Below are positions 31,951 to 40,483 of a stretch of DNA of 64,000 nt, piece after piece. Every line of letters starts with the position of its first letter. Within the stretch, counting starts at the first letter, position 1. Under the pieces are notes generated by a model, which made no database searches, was not told where the DNA came from, and worked only from the letters and a program-made list of their open reading frames with translations. A program made the translations under genes and the position numbers. Origin of the DNA: Candidatus Multivoradales bacterium (GTDB lineage: Bacteria; Acidobacteriota; Thermoanaerobaculia; Multivoradales; J023); contig CBDFLE010000006.1 of NCBI GenBank assembly GCA_965248925.1, positions 224,001 through 288,000 of the forward strand. The letters are read 5' to 3'.

Positions 31951-32751
31951 TCATGCCGGCACCAAAAAGGGCCGGAGCAACAACAGATGCAGAGGCTCGG
32001 CCGCCAGCACTGGCGCCAATCGATAGTGCTTTAGCTCGAAAGCTCGGCCCACTTCGCCACTCAGTTCCACCGGTCGCCATTCACGCTCCACGAAATCGGC
32101 CGAAACTATTTCCTGCCCCAGCCAGGCGGCATCGAAATACTCGAACAGGCTGGTCTTAAGCAGTTCCGAGGCGCGCTTGCCGATCAACCTAGAGAAAGCC
32201 CGATTGACAAATAGCAGCTGCCCGAGCCGATCACTAACCACCACCGCCAACGGATCACCCGGCTGCCGCGAGCGGCCCCGAACCTCGGACCAGGCTTGAG
32301 AAAATTCGAATTCAGCACCCCCGTCATGCTGCAGGGTGCGGGCGATCAACGCGGCAGTCACGTCGGTGTGAATGCCAACAAAGTGAGTCAGGCGGCCGGC
32401 CTCGTCCAGTACCGGACTGAGTTTGAGTTCGTCCAAGAAAACCGTGTGATCTTTTCTGTAGTGGCGCAGCAGAGCGCGGCAGCTGACCCCCTCGCCCAGC
32501 GCCCGACGAAGTTGGGCGAGCTGCCTAGAGTCCGTGCCCGAACCTTGTAGAAAAAGACAGTCTCGCCCCAGAACCTCCGCCGCAGCGTAGCCGGTGAGGC
32601 GTTCGAATCCTGGGTTGACATAGATCAGCGACATCTCCGCGGACCTGGCATCAGCCACGGTGACCCCATTACTGACTTCTTTCAACAAGGGTTCTAGCAA
32701 GCCAGAGAGGTTGGACCAAGTCACGGCAATATCTCCGTATAGCTGCCTCAA
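31951..32751 (-). CDS. Stand-alone PAS-PAS protein with degenerate LOV-like first domain
   Basis: LIYVNPGFERLTGYAAAEVLGRDCLFLQG...YRKD...FVGIHTDVT; second PAS LLFVNRAFSRLIG. No output domain seen. Confidence 0.8.
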   Translation of the reverse strand: MRQLYGDIAVTWSNLSGLLEPLLKEVSNGVTVADARSAEMSLIYVNPGFERLTGYAAAEVLGRDCLFLQGSGTDSRQLAQLRRALGEGVSCRALLRHYRKDHTVFLDELKLSPVLDEAGRLTHFVGIHTDVTAALIARTLQHDGGAEFEFSQAWSEVRGRSRQPGDPLAVVVSDRLGQLLFVNRAFSRLIGKRASELLKTSLFEYFDAAWLGQEIVSADFVEREWRPVELSGEVGRAFELKHYRLAPVLAAEPLHLLLLRPFLVPA

Positions 32752-33854
32752 CTACCGGCCATGCCACCAGACGATCGCAGCTGCCGGGCGCTCCTATGAG
32801 CCCTAAAATGCCGCGAACCGGGAGCGAGGAGAGCCTGCTGGCTAGCCGCCGAAGTACCGCGGCCCGGTGCAGAACGCATCAGGCTCAAGGTCTCGTAGAG
32901 ATCGATCAAACGACCCAGAATCAGTGACTTATTGCCGCCATTGCGCAACATCCAATCGAGGTTCTCATCCAGCCCGAAGAGTTCGTCGAGAAGCTCCACC
33001 GAGGTGTAGCTGAGCGGCCCGTAGGGGTCGCCGTCGCCAAGCTGAGAGAATGCCTGGCGAATAACCACCAGATCGTGTTCGGCGAGACCGCGCTCACCAT
33101 TGCTGGAGCGCAAAAGTTCGAGAAACAGCAGCAGCTCGGACAATACCTGCTGCCCTCCTGCTGGCTGCCGCTGACCCCGCAACCACTGGCTCAGGTGATG
33201 TTGGAGCTGCCGGGCTCGTAACCGCTCTTCCGCCTTTAGATGGCAAAAGTCGTCCTGTCCCATCAGCCAGGCCAGCACGTTGCCCACTCGGCGCAAGCGC
33301 CCCTGAAGGTCGGCTCCAGCGGGTCGGCGAGACGGTAAGCGGGCCAGCAGCCGTCCGGTCAGCCGGCGAGCGGCGAACGCTCGCTGGTGCGAATCGCCGC
33401 GAGCCGCCCGCGACTCGACCCCCAACAAATGGCTCAGCCAGCCTTCGAGAAACGATAAGCGAGCGAGCATCCTGCTGCGCACCTGCTCCAAGGCGATCAA
33501 CACCCGGTCGGGGTCAGCCGTTGGGTCATTCAACTGCCCGAGCCGCAGCCCACAAACCCGCAATTCGGCTAACAGAACCAAGCATAGGTCGGACAGGTCA
33601 GCCAGCTGCCGAGGAGTGGCGCCAACTCCCGGACCCGTCGCCGCGTCCAAGGTACGAGTTGACAGCTCATGCAGCAGGCGACAGCAGCGCACCACCACCT
33701 CGATCCTCGCCGGCATCGGCGCAACAGCCTCGCCAGAGGCTTCCGACCCACTCTCCAGCAGCGCACAGCCGCGGACGACATCGATCATTTCAAGCACCTG
33801 GCGCAACCCATCCTGCAACTCAAAAGGTCGCCGGCTCGGCTCTTCGCCGCTCAT
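32748..33854 (-). CDS. Hypothetical helical protein (paralog of 34184..35233)
   Basis: 368-aa ORF sharing blocks with the upstream paralog; its stop overlaps the start of the PAS gene. Confidence 0.75.
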   Translation of the reverse strand: MSGEEPSRRPFELQDGLRQVLEMIDVVRGCALLESGSEASGEAVAPMPARIEVVVRCCRLLHELSTRTLDAATGPGVGATPRQLADLSDLCLVLLAELRVCGLRLGQLNDPTADPDRVLIALEQVRSRMLARLSFLEGWLSHLLGVESRAARGDSHQRAFAARRLTGRLLARLPSRRPAGADLQGRLRRVGNVLAWLMGQDDFCHLKAEERLRARQLQHHLSQWLRGQRQPAGGQQVLSELLLFLELLRSSNGERGLAEHDLVVIRQAFSQLGDGDPYGPLSYTSVELLDELFGLDENLDWMLRNGGNKSLILGRLIDLYETLSLMRSAPGRGTSAASQQALLAPGSRHFRAHRSARQLRSSGGMAGS

Positions 33855-34183
33855 CGCCAGGCCCCAAGATCCAGTCGCCAGACCGCGGGATTCGATGCCA
33901 GAATCATCTCAGTCTCCATCGCCTGACTCCTCCCTGCATAAGAGCATCACACCGCGGTTGCCTGCGCGGAAGGACGCGGCTCTCAGCTGACCGGCTTGAT
34001 GAGGCCAGCACAACTAGGCAGCCGGCCGATCTTCAGCGGCCAGTCCTAGTCAAAACTAGAGGCAAATATGATGAACTAGAAATTCAAAGAGAAAAACCGA
34101 GTGCTTCGCTCGGCAAGAAAAGGCGAGGCAAATGATCTCACGGCGCGCGGCGGGAGGTCAACATCGACCTGGCGCGATCAAGC

Positions 34184-35233
34184 CTAAACCAAACGCAGGT
34201 TTCTGGCCGGCAGGACCTTCGGCCGATCGGCTTCGGTATCAACCGCCAAGGAAGTCACCGACGCCATCGACTGCTCAATCTCGATCAACTTGGCGATCAC
34301 CAAAGTGCGGGCGGCCCCTTGGCGCAGCAAGTTATCCAACGTCTCGTCGAGGCCGAGCAGAGGGTCAAGAATCTCAGCCATCAGCTGCTCAGAGTCGGCC
34401 CCAGCCTCACCACTGCCAAGCTGTTGAATAGCCCGCTCCAAGACTTGCTGGTCGTGCTCGACCAGAGCTGGATGGCGAGCCATGCGCCGCAGCAACTCGC
34501 TGAACACCTGCAACTCATGCCAAATCTGCCGACCGGTGCGCTGATCACGGTCGCCGCGCAGCCAATTGAGGATCATCTCCCGCAACTGCCGGGTCATCAG
34601 CCGGTCCTCGGGACCCAGGCTAGAAAAAGTGGAGTGACCGAGCAGCCAAACCAAGACCGTCCCCGAGCGACACAAAGAAGACTCTAGATCGTTTTCGAAG
34701 TCACCCGAGTCCGGCAACCGAGATTTCAGCTTGGCGACCAGTCGTCGCGCGGCCAAGGAACGGCGGGCCACGTCGATGTGCTGGGTACGCGGCGTGGCTC
34801 CGGAGATCGCACTAAGTCGGACATCCAACGCCCAGAGACCATTGATGGTCTTGGCGCGTGCTCGCTCGAGGGCGATCAGTACCGCCTGGGGATCCAGCTT
34901 GCCCTCGCCAAGCCGACCGAGTCGACGACCGCAGGCCCTCAGATCTGAACGCAGGACAAAGCAAACATCCGTCAGATCCTCGAGTTTCCGTGGCGTCAGG
35001 CTAGCAACAAACGGGCCGGCCGAAGTAGGAGTCAGATGGCAGAGATCACTAATCGCCGCACAAGCCCTAGAGATCAGATCCACCAGCTCTCCGACCACCT
35101 CGCTTGCCTCGAAGGGTTGTCCCCGCTCATAGACCTGAAGCTGGAAGCTCCGCACCTCGACTATCAGGCTGTAGATCGAGTCCAGGACAGCCTCCAAATC
35201 GACTGCCGACGATTGAGGCTGCTCCTTAATCAT
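34184..35233 (-). CDS. Hypothetical helical protein (paralog of 32748..33854)
   Basis: 349-aa ORF; shared blocks DL.D.C.VL..LR.CG.RLG.L, DP..VLIALE, WLRG.R, EHD, GLDE.LD..LR.G. Confidence 0.75.
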   Translation of the reverse strand: MIKEQPQSSAVDLEAVLDSIYSLIVEVRSFQLQVYERGQPFEASEVVGELVDLISRACAAISDLCHLTPTSAGPFVASLTPRKLEDLTDVCFVLRSDLRACGRRLGRLGEGKLDPQAVLIALERARAKTINGLWALDVRLSAISGATPRTQHIDVARRSLAARRLVAKLKSRLPDSGDFENDLESSLCRSGTVLVWLLGHSTFSSLGPEDRLMTRQLREMILNWLRGDRDQRTGRQIWHELQVFSELLRRMARHPALVEHDQQVLERAIQQLGSGEAGADSEQLMAEILDPLLGLDETLDNLLRQGAARTLVIAKLIEIEQSMASVTSLAVDTEADRPKVLPARNLRLV

Positions 35234-35389
35234 CGCGCGCTCCGGCGACTACCCTTCCCGGCTCTCTCACCCAGCTGCTTGGATCGCTTAGACCACCCAT
35301 TCAGGCCCCCCCCCCCTTACGAGCCGTCCGTCCTGACAGCTCTATCGGCTTGGCCTCAAACCTTAGCCGGTGTGGCACGATCTTGCAGG

Positions 35390-36838
35390 TCAGTAATTCT
35401 GGTCTAAACGCCTCAGTAGCCGGCGCACCGTGTCGATCAACTCACCGCGCTGCACTTCCAACTGACCGGGACGCTCAGCCAGCCACTCCTGTCGATCTTC
35501 GATGTCAGCAGCGATATGCCGCCCTACATCCATATCCTTGAGCGTCACGATGCCCTTGGCATGCTCGTCCGAGCCCATCAGCAAGGCGATCGGAATCTCC
35601 AGCTGGTCGGCGTACTTGAGCTGCTTGCCGACATTACGACCGCCGCCGAGGTACAACTCGGCCGGGATGCCAGCGCGACGCAGCTCGAAAGTCATCGCCA
35701 GGTACTCATCGACCAATGAGGGATCCATGCGCGTCACCAACACTCGCGAAGTCGACTTGCGAGTCTGTACCTTGCCGAGATGCTCGAGCGCCGCCAACAG
35801 CCGATCGACCCCGATCGAGGCACCGGTGGCGGGCATCGGCTGCCCCGAGAAACGTTGCACCAAACCGTCGTAGCGGCCGCCACTGAACACCGAGCCAAAC
35901 TGCGGCGCATCGGTCAACACCGCTTCCCAGATCGGTCCGGTGTAATAAGCCAGCCCGCGAGCGATCGACAAGTCGAGCCCGACCTTGTCGTCGCCATAGC
36001 CCAGCGCATATAGATGGCGCGAGATCGTCGCCACGATGCCGATTTCCTGCTCGGCGCCGTCGACCCCGGAAAAAGTCTCCCTCAGCTGTTCGACAACCTC
36101 ATCCCGCGAGCCCTCGACCTGCAAGAACTGGCCGATCTTGTCAACTTGTCCAGCGCCCAATCCAAGGCCGCGAATGCGGTCCCCCGAGCGGTCCGTATAG
36201 CCCTCGGTAAGCTCCAGCCGAACCTTCTCCAACCCCACCTTGTCGAACTTGTCCAGAACGCGGAACACGTCGCTGGCGCGGTCGCTGGAGATCTCTGCGA
36301 AACGCAGCAAGACATTGAGCAAGCCGCGGCTCGAATAGCGCACCCGATAAGCCTCGATACCGAGGGCCTCCAAGGTGTCGCACATACCGGCCAGGATTTC
36401 GGTATCGGCGATCTCCGAAGGCGCTCCCACCGAATCGAGATCGAATTGGATGAATTCGCGAAAGCGCCCCTTGTCGGGCTTATCGCCGCGCCACACTTCG
36501 GCCACTTGATAGCGGCGGAAAGGCCGCGGCAAATCGCGGTGCTGAGAGACAAACCGGGCCAGCGGTACGGTGAGGTCAAAGCGCAGCCCCAGCTCCTCCT
36601 GCTCCCGGTTGCTGACCGTGAAGATCGACTTGGCGGCCTCCTCCCCCGAATCCGCGCCCAGCAGCACATCGAGGTACTCCACCGCCGGGGTCGAGATCGG
36701 CAGAAAGCCATAGCCCTCATAGACCCCCCGAATAGTGTCGATCATCCACTGCCGCGCCAACTGCTGCTGCGGCATCAAATCGCGCAAACCCCGCGACGTT
36801 CTAGGTTTGACTCGCTTCGGCTTGACTCGCTTTGCCAT
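35390..36838 (-). CDS. hisS: Histidine--tRNA ligase
   Basis: G.RD, LRFDLTVPLAR, GRFREFIQFD.D, ARGLAYYTG, SGGRYDGL, G.SIGVDRL, KQLKYAD. Confidence 0.97.
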   Translation of the reverse strand: MAKRVKPKRVKPRTSRGLRDLMPQQQLARQWMIDTIRGVYEGYGFLPISTPAVEYLDVLLGADSGEEAAKSIFTVSNREQEELGLRFDLTVPLARFVSQHRDLPRPFRRYQVAEVWRGDKPDKGRFREFIQFDLDSVGAPSEIADTEILAGMCDTLEALGIEAYRVRYSSRGLLNVLLRFAEISSDRASDVFRVLDKFDKVGLEKVRLELTEGYTDRSGDRIRGLGLGAGQVDKIGQFLQVEGSRDEVVEQLRETFSGVDGAEQEIGIVATISRHLYALGYGDDKVGLDLSIARGLAYYTGPIWEAVLTDAPQFGSVFSGGRYDGLVQRFSGQPMPATGASIGVDRLLAALEHLGKVQTRKSTSRVLVTRMDPSLVDEYLAMTFELRRAGIPAELYLGGGRNVGKQLKYADQLEIPIALLMGSDEHAKGIVTLKDMDVGRHIAADIEDRQEWLAERPGQLEVQRGELIDTVRRLLRRLDQNY

Positions 36839-36976
36839 AAGATCTTCCTCGAAATGCCGGCAATCCATCGGCGGCCAGCCGTGCCGGTCGAGATTGCCGG
36901 AAAAAAGCGCTACGCACGGCAAATTCTAGCAGCCACCGGCCGTGCTGCCCGAAGAGGTCTGCGGTATTGGGGGGGA

Positions 36977-37053
36977 TGGTACTGAAGCCCGGAATTGAAC
37001 CGGGGACCTCTTGATCCACAATCAAGCGCTCTAACCAACTGAGCTACTTCAGC
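36977..37053 (-). tRNA. tRNA-His(GUG), copy 1 (no encoded G-1; U72, A73)
   Basis: Cloverleaf GCTGAAG-TA-GCTC-AGTTGGTTA-GAGC-G-CTTGA-TTGTGGA-TCAAG-AGGTC-CCCGG-TTCAATT-CCGGG-CTTCAGT-A-CCA, with encoded CCA. Confidence 0.97.
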
Positions 37054-37064
37054 GCCGGGGGGCG

Positions 37065-37094
37065 ATGGTAGTCGCTGCGTGCCACCGTTGTAAA
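37065..37094 (-). promoter_or_regulatory. Sigma70-type promoter of tRNA-His copy 1 (probably also hisS)
   Basis: TTTACA-N18-TACCAT on the minus strand; conserved upstream of both tRNA copies while the spacer diverges. Confidence 0.65.
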
Positions 37095-37139
37095 GAGGGC
37101 CGCCGCAAGGGCTGGCGCCGTGCTGCACACATTCAAACC

Positions 37140-37763
37140 TCAGCGAGTCGCTTGAAAATGCATGGCATCGCGGCCCCAGGCCAGCGCTCCGCTCTTCCAC
37201 CCCGCTGACTGGAAGATATCGATCACCTCGATCGGCATGGTGGCCGGCGCCGGCCAGGGAACCCGGAATCCGTTCTTCTTCGGATCGAGGTCGATCGCCA
37301 TACCCCAGGCATGGGTCGACCATGCGGAATCGCTACCGCGCTGTTTGCGGAAAGCGTAGACCCCGCCGTAGAGGTGCATCCTGGCGGCCTCGAGGGAGGC
37401 TCGATCGCCATAGTGATCGCGAATCGCTTCCAGGGCGCCAGTGAGCGAGTCGGCGACCCGGCGGTGGCATCGGGTTCGGGTCACCGTGGTGCCGTGGTCC
37501 CAAGCCAGCAGCATTGGGTACGGCAGGTTGATCATCACCAGATTGTGTTCGCCGGGTTCGCCATAGAACGCTTGCAGAGAGCGTTCGTCGGGCGCTGGCC
37601 AAGGCGACAGCTCAGCGGCTCCCGAGAACCCCGTCTGGGCTCGCCAGGCGGCCTCAGTTTCCGCGCCGGCCCAGCCGTCAATGGCGACGCTCTGCCCTTC
37701 CTTTTGCAGCCAGCGTTGGTTGAGTTCGGCAAAAGACTCGTTGGCTTGGTGCTTCTCAATCAT
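37140..37763 (-). CDS. M15-family peptidoglycan peptidase with degenerate PG-binding N-terminus (endolysin-like)
   Basis: GG.YAFR..RG...WSTHAWG.AIDLD and D.MHFQ zinc motifs; N-terminal Q..L...IDG..G..T..A; AGGAGG RBS upstream of the ATG at 37763. Confidence 0.85.
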   Translation of the reverse strand: MIEKHQANESFAELNQRWLQKEGQSVAIDGWAGAETEAAWRAQTGFSGAAELSPWPAPDERSLQAFYGEPGEHNLVMINLPYPMLLAWDHGTTVTRTRCHRRVADSLTGALEAIRDHYGDRASLEAARMHLYGGVYAFRKQRGSDSAWSTHAWGMAIDLDPKKNGFRVPWPAPATMPIEVIDIFQSAGWKSGALAWGRDAMHFQATR

Positions 37764-37818
37764 CGGCGCCCTCCTTGGCCCGGTCATCGAGTTAGGCTTC
37801 CTGGAGAAGGGGGGGGGA

Positions 37819-37895
37819 TGGTACTGAAGCCCGGAATTGAACCGGGGACCTCTTGATCCACAATCAAGCGCTCTAACCAACTGAGCTACTTCAGC
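37819..37895 (-). tRNA. tRNA-His(GUG), copy 2 (identical to copy 1)
   Basis: Same 77-nt sequence as 36977..37053. Confidence 0.97.
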
Positions 37896-37907
37896 GCCGG
37901 GTGGGCG

Positions 37908-37937
37908 ATGCTAGTCGCTGCATGCGGCGGTTGTAAA
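37908..37937 (-). promoter_or_regulatory. Sigma70-type promoter of tRNA-His copy 2
   Basis: TTTACA-N18-TAGCAT on the minus strand. Confidence 0.65.
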
Positions 37938-38056
37938 GGGTCTGAACCCTGAGCTGCGTCAGCGGTAGCAAATAGGACGAAGGATCGACCTGCTCCTGGA
38001 CTCCCCTCCCACGACAGCCGAACCAGCTGAACCGCCAACCAACCCCGGAGACCCCC

Positions 38057-38785
38057 ATGCAGCCGCAACTCCTCGACCGAGTGTCGATCCTGAGATCCGC
38101 CCATCAAGTAGCCAAGACCGCGCAGCGCAGACGACGGCTTGCCGCACATGCCTCAATCGCCGTCACCCTGCTGAGCTTCGCTTCCCTACCCCTCCAAGCC
38201 GCGGCTGGCGACCGCTGGATTGTCCGCGCGCACGGCCTCATCCTCAGCACTTCAGGAGATCCCGCAGTGGCACCGCGAGAGACCGCCGAGGGAATCGAGC
38301 AGATCAGCCACGAGGTAGGCAACGGTTCAGGCTTCGGGCTCAGCTTGGAATTTCTGATAAATGGCACCTACGGGGAGGAAATAGGCATCTACGACGGCGA
38401 CCTCGACAGCGACTTGAGCATCGACAACGGCTCGCAAATCCGCCTCGACAGTGCCGACACCGGTTGGGAGATATACACCCTGGGTTGCAACTACCACTTC
38501 ACGCCAAGCCCGCGAATCGGCGTCTCCTTGGGCGCCTTCGCCGCCATCACCTTCTTCGACGACACCTTCTTCTTCACCGGCGGCGGCAGCGAAAAGCTGA
38601 CCTTCGACGACGACTACGGCATCGGCCTGAAGGTCGGCCTCGACATCCCCCTCGGCGCCAACAGCGGCTGGCTGTTGACCGCCGAAGGGCGCTATCTATC
38701 GACCATTCTCGAGACCGAAGGCCTGACCCGAGACATCGAAATCAATCCCCTGATCCTCGCGGCAGGGGTGGGCTATCGCTTCTAG
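38057..38785 (+). CDS. OmpW-like outer membrane beta-barrel protein
   Basis: Signal peptide, AGDRWIVRA, NYHF, INPLILAAGVGYRF C-terminal barrel signature. Start may be further downstream. Confidence 0.75.
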   Translation: MQPQLLDRVSILRSAHQVAKTAQRRRRLAAHASIAVTLLSFASLPLQAAAGDRWIVRAHGLILSTSGDPAVAPRETAEGIEQISHEVGNGSGFGLSLEFLINGTYGEEIGIYDGDLDSDLSIDNGSQIRLDSADTGWEIYTLGCNYHFTPSPRIGVSLGAFAAITFFDDTFFFTGGGSEKLTFDDDYGIGLKVGLDIPLGANSGWLLTAEGRYLSTILETEGLTRDIEINPLILAAGVGYRF

Positions 38786-38906
38786 GCGGGGTGGGCGGGG
38801 CTCCGGGCTGGACAGCATCCTGGGCCACTTGATTAGTGCGATCTGAGCGCATATGATTTAGGTGCAAAGAGATGTGCTTGTCGCACACACCAAGAGGAAC
38901 AATGAG

Positions 38907-39128
38907 ATGCGAACCACTATCACCGTCGACGACGTCATCTTCGGCGACCTGATGAACCTCACCCAAGCGAAGTCGAGAAACGAAGCGATCAACACCGCGC
39001 TGGCCGAGTGGGTCCGCAGGCAGAAGATCCAGCGACTCAAGTCGCTGCGAGGAAAGCTCTCGATTGCCGACGATCTTGACGATCGTCGCCAGCTAGAGAT
39101 CGGAGAGGCCAGATCGCTTGGCCGCTGA
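38907..39128 (+). CDS. vapB: Type II antitoxin, VapB (RHH) family
   Basis: MRTTITVDD...K...IN.AL.E..R; overlaps a PIN toxin gene. Confidence 0.85.
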   Translation: MRTTITVDDVIFGDLMNLTQAKSRNEAINTALAEWVRRQKIQRLKSLRGKLSIADDLDDRRQLEIGEARSLGR

Positions 39129-39504
39129 TGTACTTGTCGACTCCTCGGCCTGGATTGAATATTTTCGTCAAAGCGATGGCCTCGTGGGCGACACCATCCT
39201 GCGTCTGCTCGACGCCGACAGGATCGTCCTTTGCGGCATTGTCGAGCTAGAACTGCTGCAGGGTGCGCTGCCCAAAGAACGCCGCATGCTGAAGGAGCTA
39301 CTCCAGGCACTGACCTACGTCGAATCCGAACGCCGAGATTTCGTTGCAGCGGGCGAGGGGTTGGCCCTACTGCGTCGCCGAGGAGTGACCATCCCGGCCA
39401 CCGACGGGCTGATTGCAACTCTCTGTCTACGCCACCGGTTGTCGCTGCTGGCCATTGACTCGCACTTCGACCACTACCCCGAATTGCTACGGCTAGCCAC
39501 TTGA
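39118..39504 (+). CDS. vapC: PIN-domain toxin, VapC family
   Basis: VLVDSSAWIEY, ELLQG, D.LIA, D.HFD acidic PIN residues. Confidence 0.9.
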   Translation: MAADVLVDSSAWIEYFRQSDGLVGDTILRLLDADRIVLCGIVELELLQGALPKERRMLKELLQALTYVESERRDFVAAGEGLALLRRRGVTIPATDGLIATLCLRHRLSLLAIDSHFDHYPELLRLAT

Positions 39505-39613
39505 TCGTCAGCCCAACAAAGAAAAAATCACCAAGCCGCAAGATTGCCCACCCACTCCGCGTCTCTATAGGTGTTTTCGCCATTTGCCAAAAAATCTCTG
39601 GCAAGAACAGTAC

Positions 39614-39635
39614 TTTCCGGATATATTTCCGGATA
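39614..39635 (+). promoter_or_regulatory. Putative TA autoregulatory operator
   Basis: TTTCCGGATA at 39614 and 39626, each with a palindromic TCCGGA core, 20 bp upstream of the antitoxin start. Confidence 0.55.
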
Positions 39636-39654
39636 ACACTTGGGAGACTGTCTC

Positions 39655-39936
39655 ATGACCACCGCCCAGATTCGCGCCCTCAGCACTCACCGTCGCCGCC
39701 TCAAAGAGCGCGGCTTGGCCCGAGTCGAAGTCCAGGCCCGCCGCGACGACGCCGACCTGCTGCGGGCGCTGGCCAGCCGGTTGCGCGACGATCCAGCCGA
39801 TGACCTACGCCACCGCTTGGCGGAGCTACTCTCCAGCCCCAACAAGCCAAGCTTGAAAGCTCTCCTCGCCGCCGCGCCACTCGCAGATCTCGACTTGGAG
39901 CGCCAACGTGATTTGCCTCGGGACATCGAGCTATGA
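39655..39936 (+). CDS. Putative antitoxin
   Basis: HRRRLKERGLARVEV...LKALLAAAPL.DLDLER.RD..RDIEL; ATGA overlap with the PIN toxin. Confidence 0.75.
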   Translation: MTTAQIRALSTHRRRLKERGLARVEVQARRDDADLLRALASRLRDDPADDLRHRLAELLSSPNKPSLKALLAAAPLADLDLERQRDLPRDIEL

Positions 39937-40361
39937 GCCAGACAGCTGGCTATCTTCTCGACACCAACATCATTTCGGAAATCGGCAAGGGTCAGCACTG
40001 CGACCAGCGAGTGGCAGGTTGGTTCGAGAGGCTCGACGACAGCGAACTTCACCTCAGCGTGCTGGTGATTGGCGAAGTTCGCAAAGGGATCGAGTCCCTA
40101 CGGCCGCGAGACGCCGCCCGCGCCGCGGGTATCGAAGCTTGGCTAGGCCAGATCGAGAGGGCCTTCGCCGGCCGCATTCTGCCGATCAACACCCTGGTGG
40201 CCGATCTCTGGGGCCGGCTCGCGGCACGCCGCACCCTGCCGGTCATCGATAGTCTGCTGGCCGCCACCGCCCTCGCCCACGGCCTAGTCTTGGCCACCCG
40301 CAATGTCGATGACCTGATCGACAGCGGCGCCCGGATGTTGAATCCCTTCGAGGAGAGGTGA
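39933..40361 (+). CDS. vapC: PIN-domain toxin, VapC family
   Basis: YLLDTNIISE, GEVRKGI, DSLLAATA..HGL..ATRN..D, NPF. Confidence 0.92.
   Translation: MSQTAGYLLDTNIISEIGKGQHCDQRVAGWFERLDDSELHLSVLVIGEVRKGIESLRPRDAARAAGIEAWLGQIERAFAGRILPINTLVADLWGRLAARRTLPVIDSLLAATALAHGLVLATRNVDDLIDSGARMLNPFEER
40327..40352 (+). repeat. 26-bp exact direct repeat, copy 1 (3' end of vapC)
   Basis: GCGCCCGGATGTTGAATCCCTTCGAG also occurs at 47885..47910. Confidence 0.9.
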
Positions 40362-40483
40362 GATCACCGCAGAAGATCAACGCTCCGAGCCCACAAAAGC
40401 AATTACAGCGCAAGAATCGGATTGGCAGCTCACCGCGGCAGCGGTTTCAATAGGTAGCACCACACCTACCGAGGAGACCCCCT

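Noticed and set aside
36805-36835. KRVKP-KRVKP 15-bp tandem duplication at the HisRS N-terminus
   Set aside because: A small in-frame duplication in a variable terminus with no evidence of function.
36977-37895. Prophage or integrative element at tRNA-His
   Set aside because: No integrase or phage structural genes are present, and both tRNA copies are complete with promoters rather than attL/attR fragments.
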